From: an uncultured virus (IMG/VR IMGVR_UViG_3300037790_000020)
Lineage: Duplodnaviria; Heunggongvirae; Uroviricota; Caudoviricetes
Reading direction: 5' to 3' (one strand)
Virus record (IMG/VR): IMGVR_UViG_3300037790_000020
DNA: 64,000 bases
Below, piece by piece: positions 45,132 through 55,663 of this stretch. Position 1 is the first letter of the stretch; each line of letters opens with the position of its first letter. The translations under genes were made by a program, and so were the position numbers. The notes under the pieces are model-generated. The model was not told where the DNA came from. It worked only from the letters and a program-made list of their open reading frames with translations, and did no database searches.

Positions 45132-48100
45132 TTATTTACCTTTATCCTCCAATTGTCCTTCTAGTCTAGGTAATCCGTATTTCTGTGGTGCCTCGCTAAA
45201 CTTAGTTTTCTTACTGATATGTCTGCGTTGTTTTAAAGGCTTTTCTTCTGCTTCTACTCTAGCTCTCAGAGAAGTCTTAAGTGCTCTCATTAATTCTTTA
45301 CGAGTTTTAGGTTCTTCTTGGTTAGCATTATATCTATATAACTCCAGCATTGCTCTAGCGAAGTCTGCTTTAGCGCCTTCCTCCCCATTACGTTTTGCTA
45401 CAAGGGCCTTTGCTACTTTAGCATATTTCTTTGAATATCCGCTAATTGTAGCAGACTGTTCCAATCCTTGATAATAGTGAGCCCGAGAAGCTTCACTTAC
45501 TACCGCAGGTCTTAAACCCATTGCTTGTTTAAACACTTCGTCCGCTGGTCCGTCTAAACCATCTTTATATAATTCGGGATTTTCATCAGGACCTTCAATC
45601 ATTCTTTTACCACGAGTATTACGTAACTCTCCTGTACGGATATCATTAGCTTTCTTTAAATTACGAAGCCATACTGGAGCAAGAGAATCTACAAATGCGC
45701 TACCTGCCCCTTCCCCACCTTCTATTCTATTAAGCATATTCATAGCTCCTGTAGGGATAGTAGCAAGAGGACCTAAGAACTGTAATGCCTGTGATTGTGA
45801 AGTCATACCATTACTATCTGGAGAAGCAAAAACGTCCATAAAGGGCTGTAATGGAAACTGAACTGCAATACGTTGAGAAGCATCAATATCTGCTCCACCC
45901 GAAAGAATCGGACCCTTCATGATTAAGTCTTTCATTTTAGGGTCTTTAATACCAACAAATTCCATTGCATCAGCTAATACAATATCTAGATTAGTTGGGC
46001 CACGTCCATCATTCATTAAACGTTGTAGCCATTTAGTCATCCAATCCCAAGTTTCATAAGCGGGTACAGCTGTCATACCACCGAATAAAATTGGATAAGT
46101 TAATATCATATTTACAGCAGCTTTTTTACCTGCTACCCCCCTTGTGGTTAAAAGACGAATCATTTGTTCGAGAATAGAAATAGGATATTGTAAGAATGCA
46201 AATAAACCTGCTCCTGTTTTAGAACGTAAAGCTGACGGTCTTGGGTTTTTACCAAAAATAGCATGATTCTCATCGATAGCATGTTCTACAATAGCTTCTT
46301 TAGTAATTCGACCCTCATATTTAGATTTAACTAATTCCCTGAATAATGCATCAGTTGAATAAAGAAGACTACCAATCTTTTCAAATTGTTTGGGGTTTTT
46401 AACAGAATCAAGAACAAGAAGGGCTGAGTTCATACGAGCAACGTCCTCAGTTACCTGAATCATTCCCTGTCCAATATCTTTGAGTTTACCCCCCACAACA
46501 CCAACAGTACCAAATCTCCCTTTCTCACCCCGTAAAATCTGTTTCTGTTTTTCTTGATTACGAGAGTAGTTAACTGCATCAATAGCATATCCGGGGTCTA
46601 ATATACCCCTTTCATATAGTTTAAGAAGTATACGTGCGTCCCCTTGACTTATATTCACTTTCTTAGCAAACTGAGGAACAGTCCTAGAATTTAGCAAAGA
46701 TTTATTAGCTTGTATTCGAGTAGCTTTGTTCAAACTGGTTGTGAAAGATTTTAAGTTGGATTTAATAAAATCAACAGGACCTTGATATTGAGACAACCAA
46801 GGAAGAGTATTCATATAAGTAGACATTAACTGTAAAAGGGAGGTAGAAGGGTTACCCGCCAAAAAGTACCAGAAAGTAAGCTCTCGAATTTTAGCTGCAT
46901 CATCAGCAGGACTATTCATATATTCATAATAATCTGTTAACTGACTTAATGACTTTTTACCGCCTTTACCTAATTTTTGTAAATCTTGTGTAGCTTCTGC
47001 ATATAGTTTATTTAAAGGTTGACTATATTGAAATCGGGTAAGCATGGCTGAACGTGCATTAAGAGAATCCAACATAGAAGAGATAGGGTCATCTATATCA
47101 TACCCATAGTAGTTCTTTTTATCTCTATAATTCATAAAAAAGCGTTCAGTCTCAGAATCAAAACTAAGTTTATCGAAAGTTTCATTTAGTACTTTTGGGT
47201 CGATGTTTTTATTAGTAAGCAAGTTTGCTAAAGCTTCATACGCGATATTGGGGTTTTTAGCGTCTCGCATAATATTCTTACGCATATCTTCATACGTCAT
47301 TAAGAAAGGAGTAGCCCCAGATATATTCTCACCTTTTGAAGTAACAAAAGTTACATTATGTTTTTCTTGGTCTTGTTGAATCCGGGCTTGAACATCAGCA
47401 AAATCTGAAGTATCTAAATTACCAAATTTGTCTGATTTAACTGAATATAGACCGGCCAGTTCTATTTTACCATCTTCATCTTGAGTATAAGTAGCAATAG
47501 CATACGGACCTCTATTACGTGTATGAGGGAAGTAAGCTTTATTACTTCGGTACATTCTTTCCATTTTATCGAATATATCTACTAGGTTCTCAAGTTTACT
47601 GGCCCCTGTATCATCACCTAAAGCTCTCAGTTCGTCTATCTTGTCCAACATCTCGGTGCGTTGAGCCTCTTCACTTAAACCATAAGTCTTAGCAGCACGA
47701 GTTTTAAATGTCTGCATTTCAATGAGCATTTGTTGTTTAAATAGTTTTTGTAAATCTTGAATAGCCTGTGAAGTAGCTAAATCAACTACTTTTCTCACCC
47801 CATCTTTATCTTTAAAACGTACTCGGCCAGAATCATCCGTTTCAATAATCTGTTCCACGCTATTCCAAGGACCAGTCATTTGTTCAAGTACAGCAGAAGC
47901 ACCTTCTAAACGTTTAATCCCATGTTGTTCTTTTAGAAGGATGAAATCATTTAAATGCTGACGGAATAGCTGTTCTCTAAAAGCATCTTTAGCACGATAT
48001 AAATGGAAAAATGGGCCAAAGATAGGTTCGCTTCTTGCTTTAGCGCCCATAGTTTTCATAAAATCAAAAGAACGCAATACTTCTTTTAAAGTACTATTAA

Positions 48101-50198
48101 CCCCTGATTTCTTGTAGGAATCTCTATCTAAGTTAAAGTTTTCTGGTTTCCAAACTGTTTCAGGAACTTCCGCATTATCACGCATAACCTTGATGGCTTT
48201 AACTGCTTCATACTCACTGATTTCTTCGGCAGCTTTAATATTATTTTGAACTTCACGCTCAGGAGTCTGGTCAACATCTCTGTCTAAACGTTGAACGGGA
48301 ATATTGATATCTCTATTAACAAAACGAGAATATTTTCTACCTAAACGATTAATGGTTGGTGTATCAACTTTAGGATTCTCACCCTTTCTAAAATCTTCAA
48401 ATATATCACCTATGATAGCGTTACGTGTTCTAGGGTTGGACATAAACCCTTCTAATAAATCTTTAGTACCTTCTTCACTACCCGTATCATATTTTGCTTG
48501 GATAAATTTATTTAGCTCTTTATTCTTACCATTCAAAGCAGCTAATTCATCGTTAGCAAAATATCCAGAACGCTTAAGATTTTCAATTAAATCTGCCGTA
48601 GCTTTAACTTTTGTTTCATCCTTAGTTTGTTTTGATTTAATTTTCTTTAAAGCTTGGTTGGCTTGCTCAAGAGTACTACCTTTAAAATTCAACCCACCTT
48701 TATTTCTACTTAAAGAAGTGAGGGCTTTATTTAAAGCAACATTATCCTCTAATTGAGATAGCCAATTTTCAGCAGCTTCTTGTTGGTTTTTCTGTTTAAT
48801 AAGCTCAGAAAAAGATAAATTCTTATTATTAGGTTTTTGTTTTGCTACTTGTAGAAGTTTCTTTCTTGTAGGCTCATTAATCCCTTTTAATTCTTCTGGA
48901 ATAGGTTTTTGAGATAGATTCTCGATAGGTTTTTGGGATGGAGTTTGTACTTCATCTTTAGCTTGGTCGATATTGAACTTTTCCAGAATAGCATCAGTAA
49001 TCTCTTTTTTAGTAAGACCTTCGATATCCTTAGAGTCAATCCCGGCATTATCTATGGCCCTAGACTGTAAATCAGCCTTATTCAGGCTCATGAGTCTATT
49101 TGTCATCTGCTTAGGAGTACCTCTAGCAATCTCCTGAGGGAACTCTATACGCTGTGCCTGTCTAACCTTACTTTCTAGCTCAGTATCCTTAGGAGCCTGT
49201 GTAGGGGCCTCAGAATCGCTTTTAGGGGCATTTTCTGTATCAATTTCGGTTATTTCAGCTAGTATATCTTCAGGATTGGTTCCTAATGCCTCTATTTGGC
49301 CCGAGGATGCCCCCTGAGTGCCCTGTAAAACATTTTCTAGGGTAGGCTGTATAATTGCTTGTGGAGCGCCTGTAGCAGCCTCTAAACCGATTTCTAAGCC
49401 TATTGCAGCAGGGTCAGTAATTTCCCCTTCAGAAATAAGCTGTGCTGAAGCTTCTCCAGCACCCCCTAAACCAGCTTGAGCAACAGCTTCTCCAGCAAGG
49501 CCACCCTTACCTAATTGTGCCAGTTTTCCTGCAATACCATAAGATACAGCATCAAACATAGCTATAGGTACGCCCCTTTCTAAGCCTTTTTGCTTAAGTT
49601 TAGGACCAATCTCAGGGTGAGTAATAACAGCTTCAATCTCTTTTGGGTTAGTAATATCAACACCAGATTCAGCCATTGTTTGTAAAATAGTAGACCCATA
49701 TTCAGCCGCACCTGTGACACCACCAAATGTAGTAGCTCCGATAGTTCTAGCTGCGGCAGGACCACCTCTAACAACAGCCTGTCCTGCTCTACCCACAGGC
49801 AACGCAGTTAAACCTGCGGCAACAGAAGTGGGGAGAGATTCAGCTAGAAGGGAAAAAGCAGCTTTTGGGTCTTTAACTAGATTAACAAGGGTGTCTGGAA
49901 TACTTTCAGATTCCATAATTTGGTTAATACGGGTTTGAAGTTCAGGGTCTTCTAATCGGAGCTGGTTAGCTTCCTTGATATTCTCAGTTGCACCTTCATA
50001 GTCACCAGTAAGTAACTGACCAGAAGCAATAGAGGATTTCGCACCAGCTTTAGCACGATTAAGAACATCTCCAGTAGTTCCGGTTTTTTTAGATTGGTAT
50101 ATAGAGTAGAATTGATTGAACTTATCATCATCTAGGTCGTAGCCTTTTTTACCTAGATAATCTCGTAATATTAACTGCTCTTTAAGTAAATCATCCAT
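45132..50198 (-). CDS. Large internal virion / DNA ejection protein
   Basis: 1688 aa, Gly/Ala-rich hydrophobic N-terminal region, helical body; last of the tail-core genes. Confidence 0.7.
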   Translation of the reverse strand: MDDLLKEQLILRDYLGKKGYDLDDDKFNQFYSIYQSKKTGTTGDVLNRAKAGAKSSIASGQLLTGDYEGATENIKEANQLRLEDPELQTRINQIMESESIPDTLVNLVKDPKAAFSLLAESLPTSVAAGLTALPVGRAGQAVVRGGPAAARTIGATTFGGVTGAAEYGSTILQTMAESGVDITNPKEIEAVITHPEIGPKLKQKGLERGVPIAMFDAVSYGIAGKLAQLGKGGLAGEAVAQAGLGGAGEASAQLISEGEITDPAAIGLEIGLEAATGAPQAIIQPTLENVLQGTQGASSGQIEALGTNPEDILAEITEIDTENAPKSDSEAPTQAPKDTELESKVRQAQRIEFPQEIARGTPKQMTNRLMSLNKADLQSRAIDNAGIDSKDIEGLTKKEITDAILEKFNIDQAKDEVQTPSQKPIENLSQKPIPEELKGINEPTRKKLLQVAKQKPNNKNLSFSELIKQKNQQEAAENWLSQLEDNVALNKALTSLSRNKGGLNFKGSTLEQANQALKKIKSKQTKDETKVKATADLIENLKRSGYFANDELAALNGKNKELNKFIQAKYDTGSEEGTKDLLEGFMSNPRTRNAIIGDIFEDFRKGENPKVDTPTINRLGRKYSRFVNRDINIPVQRLDRDVDQTPEREVQNNIKAAEEISEYEAVKAIKVMRDNAEVPETVWKPENFNLDRDSYKKSGVNSTLKEVLRSFDFMKTMGAKARSEPIFGPFFHLYRAKDAFREQLFRQHLNDFILLKEQHGIKRLEGASAVLEQMTGPWNSVEQIIETDDSGRVRFKDKDGVRKVVDLATSQAIQDLQKLFKQQMLIEMQTFKTRAAKTYGLSEEAQRTEMLDKIDELRALGDDTGASKLENLVDIFDKMERMYRSNKAYFPHTRNRGPYAIATYTQDEDGKIELAGLYSVKSDKFGNLDTSDFADVQARIQQDQEKHNVTFVTSKGENISGATPFLMTYEDMRKNIMRDAKNPNIAYEALANLLTNKNIDPKVLNETFDKLSFDSETERFFMNYRDKKNYYGYDIDDPISSMLDSLNARSAMLTRFQYSQPLNKLYAEATQDLQKLGKGGKKSLSQLTDYYEYMNSPADDAAKIRELTFWYFLAGNPSTSLLQLMSTYMNTLPWLSQYQGPVDFIKSNLKSFTTSLNKATRIQANKSLLNSRTVPQFAKKVNISQGDARILLKLYERGILDPGYAIDAVNYSRNQEKQKQILRGEKGRFGTVGVVGGKLKDIGQGMIQVTEDVARMNSALLVLDSVKNPKQFEKIGSLLYSTDALFRELVKSKYEGRITKEAIVEHAIDENHAIFGKNPRPSALRSKTGAGLFAFLQYPISILEQMIRLLTTRGVAGKKAAVNMILTYPILFGGMTAVPAYETWDWMTKWLQRLMNDGRGPTNLDIVLADAMEFVGIKDPKMKDLIMKGPILSGGADIDASQRIAVQFPLQPFMDVFASPDSNGMTSQSQALQFLGPLATIPTGAMNMLNRIEGGEGAGSAFVDSLAPVWLRNLKKANDIRTGELRNTRGKRMIEGPDENPELYKDGLDGPADEVFKQAMGLRPAVVSEASRAHYYQGLEQSATISGYSKKYAKVAKALVAKRNGEEGAKADFARAMLELYRYNANQEEPKTRKELMRALKTSLRARVEAEEKPLKQRRHISKKTKFSEAPQKYGLPRLEGQLEDKGK

Positions 50199-50213
50199 TA
50201 AAGCTCCTCACCA

Positions 50214-52694
50214 TTATTCAGCCATCTCAGCAAGAATTTCATCAATCTTAGTAGTATCTAAGTCCGCAAAAGGGTCTAAGAAATCATCATCAGTTTTAAT
50301 TTTATGTTCCATCTTCTCTCTTTCTAAATCCAATTTATCTCGTTTAAGGTCGAGAGAAGCAGCTTGGTATGGAGTCAGCCCATTACCTTTTCTGGCATTT
50401 TGATTTACTTGTTCAATATAAGCTTGTGCTTTTATATAATCAATGTAATCTTGAAATTCTTGTCTTTTCTTATCTGCAATTGCTTTTTGTCGTTCAAGTT
50501 CTAATCTTTTAGCATCCCCAGCACTTTTTGTACCAGCGGATAAACCTGCGAGAATCTTATCTCCTGAATCACCGTCAGTACCCAGCATAGTTAAACCAGC
50601 AATTAAAAGAGGCATATTAATTCCTTTAGAACGGGGTTCTTCTGTTTTTCCGGCCTCTTTATTAATAGGAGTTATCCACGGGGGAAGGACATTTGGAACT
50701 GTACTATTACCTTTAGAAGCAACAAATTCGTTTCCTTGTCTAACTGGTCTGTTGTAACTAACTCCTGAATTTGCTTTAAACACTTTACCGGAATCATCCA
50801 TCTGTAATTGATTTGCATTTAAAGCGGGGATTTTACTTTCATCAAAATCTTTTAAGTCAGCAACAGTTAGAGGTTTATTTTTGAGACTATTCTCTTGGGT
50901 AGAACCCCTATTAAATAGATTTGCAATTTCTTCATTTAAATTATCGTCTACTGAAATTTCTTCATACTGAGCTTTAGCATTTTTTGCTAACTGCTGTTGC
51001 TTAGCTTCTTTCTTAGCTTGAACTTCCTGTTCGGGAGTAACAAGAAAATCTTTTACATGAGGATAAGCGGCGCGGACACCTTTTTCAAGTCCTTCAACAG
51101 GGGCAAGAAGCTCATTTAAAATAGAAGCCGGGATATTCTTCAAAGCATTACCTGTAGAATTAACCATATTCACAGCTTTAGAATTAGCGGGAGAAGTATC
51201 TTGTGTTAAATTATAAAGCTCTAAAGAATCCAATTTATCTCTGAAACCTTCAACGGGTCCGCCATCAGCAAAACCAAATGCACTTAAAAAACTACCGCCA
51301 GAACTATCTAAACCAAAAAAGCCATCTGAATTAGGGGAAAGAGTTGGGCCAATAGGGGCACTATAGTTAGAGGAATCTACACCATCTAAACCACCTTTAA
51401 ATAAACGGGAGAGCATATTACCATCTGAATCATCAAGGCCAAATTCTTCTATTAAAGCTTCGAGTCCTAGAGAATCAATTTCTGGGGGTACACCAGAAGC
51501 AGGAACAGATGAAGAAATACCGGGGAAACTTGCTCTACCAGCAGGGGCTACCGGAGCTAGTCTAGCTTGGCTCGCAAGATTAGAAGATACAGGGCCCCCT
51601 TCTCTCATCTCAACAGCTTCATCATACTTTACAGTTTTTACACCATTAACTTCACCGACTGCATCTGGTTTAACTTGTTCTACATCTTGCGCTATAAGGC
51701 CGATTTGTGGGGTTGAATCACCTTTATAATTATATGAATATACAGGTAATCCATTATCTAATTCACCTACTTGTTTAATATTCTCTTTTACTCGTTCATC
51801 AGAGAACAGTCCTGCAATAGAGGCTACAGAAGATGCAATGCCAGCAACATTACCTAAAGTACTAGAACCGCCACCACCTTGTTGGTCTTGTGTAGTTGTA
51901 CCACCTGCATACGCACCAGTTAAAGGATTCATAATATTAGCCAAGAAATTTATATTTTCATAAGGATAGGCTTGTTCTCTATCAAATTCTTGGAAATCAA
52001 AATCTAGTTCATCTTGTCTTCTTAATCTTTGCAGTTCACCTTGCTTTAACAACTGAGTAATATCAGCTAAGTTATAGGCTTGCCCACCTTCTACAGTCTG
52101 CAAACCTTGAGAAATGCCAGAACTTAGAACATCAGAACCTCGGTTAAACTGGTTTTGAGCATTATCGAATGCATCAAAACGCCCACGATAATCTAAATCT
52201 TGTAATTGTTCTTGTAATAATTCATCTGCTTCAGCTTGTCTAAGTGCAATCCTAGAACCGCCAAAAGCATTAATCATACCTGCTTCTTGGTCCCGCAGCC
52301 GTTGTTGGTCATTATAATTATCAATTGTATTGCGTTTAGAAATATCTAGAACATTCTCTAGATAAGGATTCATATACTGTTGAATTTGGGCTGAAGTAGG
52401 ACCGTTAGCTCTACTAATTAAATCGTAAACACTACTAGAAGTAGTATTCAGTAAGTCATTATACTTACCAGTAGTACTGCGCGTTAAATCAAACGCTGTA
52501 TTAGCGTCAGTAGTGAAATCAGCGATACGTTGCTGAGTATAGGGAGTAAAGGATTGCTTAGAAAGAGTTTCAGCGCGTTTAACTAAATTTTTATTTCTTG
52601 AATCAAGCCAGCTAGGGACCTGAACTGTTTGGGTAGAGACAGCTCCGCCGCCATCATCTCCACCACCTAATAAACCTTTAGCTAAACCACCCAT
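50214..52694 (-). CDS. Ejection protein with internal peptidase S74-type autocleaving chaperone domain
   Basis: YMNPY, AFGGSR typical of podovirus DNA-transfer proteins; FSDERVKENI...YSYNYKG...GLIAQDVE...PDAV...VKY. Confidence 0.8.
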   Translation of the reverse strand: MGGLAKGLLGGGDDGGGAVSTQTVQVPSWLDSRNKNLVKRAETLSKQSFTPYTQQRIADFTTDANTAFDLTRSTTGKYNDLLNTTSSSVYDLISRANGPTSAQIQQYMNPYLENVLDISKRNTIDNYNDQQRLRDQEAGMINAFGGSRIALRQAEADELLQEQLQDLDYRGRFDAFDNAQNQFNRGSDVLSSGISQGLQTVEGGQAYNLADITQLLKQGELQRLRRQDELDFDFQEFDREQAYPYENINFLANIMNPLTGAYAGGTTTQDQQGGGGSSTLGNVAGIASSVASIAGLFSDERVKENIKQVGELDNGLPVYSYNYKGDSTPQIGLIAQDVEQVKPDAVGEVNGVKTVKYDEAVEMREGGPVSSNLASQARLAPVAPAGRASFPGISSSVPASGVPPEIDSLGLEALIEEFGLDDSDGNMLSRLFKGGLDGVDSSNYSAPIGPTLSPNSDGFFGLDSSGGSFLSAFGFADGGPVEGFRDKLDSLELYNLTQDTSPANSKAVNMVNSTGNALKNIPASILNELLAPVEGLEKGVRAAYPHVKDFLVTPEQEVQAKKEAKQQQLAKNAKAQYEEISVDDNLNEEIANLFNRGSTQENSLKNKPLTVADLKDFDESKIPALNANQLQMDDSGKVFKANSGVSYNRPVRQGNEFVASKGNSTVPNVLPPWITPINKEAGKTEEPRSKGINMPLLIAGLTMLGTDGDSGDKILAGLSAGTKSAGDAKRLELERQKAIADKKRQEFQDYIDYIKAQAYIEQVNQNARKGNGLTPYQAASLDLKRDKLDLEREKMEHKIKTDDDFLDPFADLDTTKIDEILAEMAE

Positions 52695-52706
52695 AATGTA
52701 TTCTCT

Positions 52707-53183
52707 CTATTCTCTTTTCTTTGTTACCCAAAAGCCTATAGACTCATAACCACGCTTTTTTAACATCTTAAATTTACGTTCTACATCTTTTGTTGTAAAA
52801 AACAATAAACTCAAGGGTAACCCATTAATTTTAGCAAATTCTTCAGCAACAGACAACATACGGTTAAATGCATTAAATGACCTAAATTCCTTTTTAATAT
52901 AGAAAACTACGTCTAGCATTGTTGTTTCATCTGTCCACCAAAAAGAATCTATAACTAACCCAAGAACGCCAACTATTACTCCATTATTATCATATACCAG
53001 TAAAGTTTTATTTTCTATTAACTTTTCTAATTGTGCTCTTACTTTAGAATCTGATGTTGGGGGGAAATACTCCCAATCATTTTCTAAGGGTATTTGGTGT
53101 ACTAATTCTACACATGCATCTAAATCATCTTTTGTTGCCAATCTTGTTTCAAATGGCGATACTCTCTTTTTCTCCTCACTCAT
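52707..53183 (-). CDS. GNAT-fold acetyltransferase in the virion module
   Basis: RLATKDDL, VGVLG, FYIKKEFRS, KKRGY. Confidence 0.75.
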   Translation of the reverse strand: MSEEKKRVSPFETRLATKDDLDACVELVHQIPLENDWEYFPPTSDSKVRAQLEKLIENKTLLVYDNNGVIVGVLGLVIDSFWWTDETTMLDVVFYIKKEFRSFNAFNRMLSVAEEFAKINGLPLSLLFFTTKDVERKFKMLKKRGYESIGFWVTKKRE

Positions 53184-53190
53184 TTTTTAA

Positions 53191-53499
53191 TTACTCCTCT
53201 GTAATTTCCGGTTGTTCCTCTAAAAGCAACTCTCCTGTCATTAAAATATTCTCTGCGAAAGCTACGGCTGTTTCTCTATCCATATTATTTACTAAAGCAA
53301 AGACTTCTTCTAAAAATCTAAGACCGGGGTCGGTAGCACCGCCTCCTAACTTAGAAACCTGTTCTGCATTAACCACATACTCTCCTTCAGAAAGCATTGC
53401 AGGAATATCATCAGATACACCTGTAGACTCACCATTATCTTTAGGCTGGGCCTGAATAGTGTTTAGATAAGAAAGAAGGGGATTTTGGTCTTTATTCAT
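53191..53499 (-). CDS. Small protein with GxSTGxSDDIPAMLSEGEYV motif
   Basis: Motif usually found inside tape-measure or ejection proteins. Confidence 0.7.
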   Translation of the reverse strand: MNKDQNPLLSYLNTIQAQPKDNGESTGVSDDIPAMLSEGEYVVNAEQVSKLGGGATDPGLRFLEEVFALVNNMDRETAVAFAENILMTGELLLEEQPEITEE

Positions 53500-53525
53500 T
53501 ATTTTTCCTATTTTAAATACTAATT

Positions 53526-53534
53526 ATTATATCA
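53526..53534 (-). promoter_or_regulatory. Extended -10 element TGaTATAAT ahead of the ejection-protein operon
   Basis: In the intergenic gap, followed by an AGGA SD. Confidence 0.55.
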
Positions 53535-53545
53535 TATTATCAAGA

Positions 53546-53839
53546 TTATAAGCTTGTAGTAGTTAAATTACCGGAATTATCTACTTGTACTCGCCATCTC
53601 GTACCGTCTGGACTTTCTAATATTAAACCATCATCTGAATCATCCACTTCAATATCACCACCAAAAACTAAATCCGTAGAAGTGTCAACATAATTAAGAC
53701 TGATAACCGTATCAATATTTGTATGTTGATTTTCGATATCCCGGTGAAGTTCAATAAGATAACGATTTACTTCCTCTAAAGTTTTAAATTCTAAAGGCGG
53801 TTGGGTTAAGTTTAATAAAGGCAGTCTATTTACTGGCAT
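53546..53839 (-). CDS. Small tail protein (needle or plug candidate)
   Basis: Coiled coil plus LILESPDGTRWRVQVDNSGNL; follows the tail nozzle gene. Confidence 0.5.
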   Translation of the reverse strand: MPVNRLPLLNLTQPPLEFKTLEEVNRYLIELHRDIENQHTNIDTVISLNYVDTSTDLVFGGDIEVDDSDDGLILESPDGTRWRVQVDNSGNLTTTSL

Positions 53840-55650
53840 TATCGTCTCCCACTTTGTTGTATAGATGCCAAGATTTCTCCTAATCTATAATTTCCATTAA
53901 CAGTATTACTTCTTAACTGAAAATTGATATAACGTCCCCGAGCTCTTACAAATACTTGAGCAGTTGTTGGATTATAAGAATATGATTTAGAGAAAGTTTC
54001 TGTTGTATTAGGAAACTTTTTATATTCTAAATCTAAAGTCATTGGGCTAACAAAATCACCATCTAAAATAAATCTATCGACTAACATCATATCATTACCA
54101 GTATCATCTATCTTAAAAAATCCAGTTTTAATATACGAATCGATTGGCATACCGTCGTTATTATGGGTGTCTTCATGTGCATATAATATACCGGAAGAAT
54201 CAAATGCATAAGGCTTATCATAAACAAACGCATCTTCCCATGCCGTTCGTTCTAAAGTACCATCATACCAAACATTATCTTTATAATTATATATAATATA
54301 TCTATTTATTTCTGTACTATTTTTATCTGGTAAAAAATACCATATCTCATCAAATTCTCTATTACGGCCAATGAAACATTTAATTTTCTGTTCTTCATTA
54401 AAGTAACCGTCTTCATTTGAATCAAAATAAAATAAATCTAATGTAGAAGGGAGAATACGTACAACTCCATCATACATCCTAAACCCTTCCTCGCTTAACC
54501 AAAATACTCGGCCATCTACATCAGTTACCGCTTTTGGGGATATAATACCTGAGGTATCTGATACAAGAGTAACTTCATAAACAAGGTCATCATTTCTGGG
54601 GCGCATACGATATACTGCTTTGTCCGTAAAAACAAGTATCTCACCATTACGTGTTTCAACAGCACTGATAATCTTAGTGCCTCGAGTCAGCCTAAACTCA
54701 CCCGAATTAGAACCGGGGGCAGTTGGGTCAAATTCCGTATAATCTTCATTATCAGACCAACGAATTAAAAGGGGGTCAAATGTACCACTAACATCTTTAG
54801 TACCAAATAAAATACATTGCCTGAAATACCCGGAGACAATCATCCAATTAGATTGGTCTGGGGCATCTGTAACTTCCGTAGCTCGTGTTGAAGTACCTGC
54901 GGAAGTATCCCAATAATAAAGTGCCCCGCCGGAAGGTAGTATAAGTAAATCTTCGCCCCAATTCTCTAAAGAAGTAATTCGGGCATCAGCTATAACACCT
55001 TCTGTTCTAGGGGTCCCCCATGTGGAATCGGACCATAAACCTGTACCGTAGCCATAACCGCTATTACCTGAGTCACATAGACCACTCTCTAAAAGATAAT
55101 TAATATCTACTGAGCCACCACCTGTGCCAGAAGCGGTAGCATTACTAGACGCAGTTATTACGTAATTATCTGCATCGGTTACTGATTGAACTTCATATTC
55201 ACCAGAAAACGTAATTCCATTATAAGTAACGTCGGAATCAAATTCAATAAAATCTCCTACCGATGCACTATGAAGAGTATCTTCTATAGATACAGAAGCA
55301 GAACCGCTTGTTGTAGTAATTGGGTCTGTCAAATTTGACGTAGCACGAATAGGAGTTATATCAAAATAAGTACCACCTTCTCGTACATAAAAATGATTAT
55401 TAGAAGCCGCAGCCAAATAAAGAGTTGTGTCTAATGCTTGCCAAGTATGCATAGAACGAATACATCCTTTAGGGGAATTTGAATTGATTTCACTAACCCA
55501 ACCACCAAGTTTTTGTGGCTTTAATTCACGAAAACGAACTTTATCCCCATCGACATAAAAAGGGACATTACCGGATTCAATGGCCGTAGCATTTTTAAAA
55601 ATACCGGGCTGAATCTGCACTGGAACTAATCGTGAACTTTTTGCAGTCAT
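53839..55650 (-). CDS. Tail nozzle / head-stabilisation protein (P22 gp10-like)
   Basis: DKVRFR...QKLGGW, ENWGEDLL, DPLLIRWSDNED, EIWYF, YNY...WY.G.LERTAW, RARGR; 603 aa, beta-rich. Confidence 0.8.
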   Translation of the reverse strand: MTAKSSRLVPVQIQPGIFKNATAIESGNVPFYVDGDKVRFRELKPQKLGGWVSEINSNSPKGCIRSMHTWQALDTTLYLAAASNNHFYVREGGTYFDITPIRATSNLTDPITTTSGSASVSIEDTLHSASVGDFIEFDSDVTYNGITFSGEYEVQSVTDADNYVITASSNATASGTGGGSVDINYLLESGLCDSGNSGYGYGTGLWSDSTWGTPRTEGVIADARITSLENWGEDLLILPSGGALYYWDTSAGTSTRATEVTDAPDQSNWMIVSGYFRQCILFGTKDVSGTFDPLLIRWSDNEDYTEFDPTAPGSNSGEFRLTRGTKIISAVETRNGEILVFTDKAVYRMRPRNDDLVYEVTLVSDTSGIISPKAVTDVDGRVFWLSEEGFRMYDGVVRILPSTLDLFYFDSNEDGYFNEEQKIKCFIGRNREFDEIWYFLPDKNSTEINRYIIYNYKDNVWYDGTLERTAWEDAFVYDKPYAFDSSGILYAHEDTHNNDGMPIDSYIKTGFFKIDDTGNDMMLVDRFILDGDFVSPMTLDLEYKKFPNTTETFSKSYSYNPTTAQVFVRARGRYINFQLRSNTVNGNYRLGEILASIQQSGRR

Positions 55651-55663
55651 ATCATTTCCCCAC

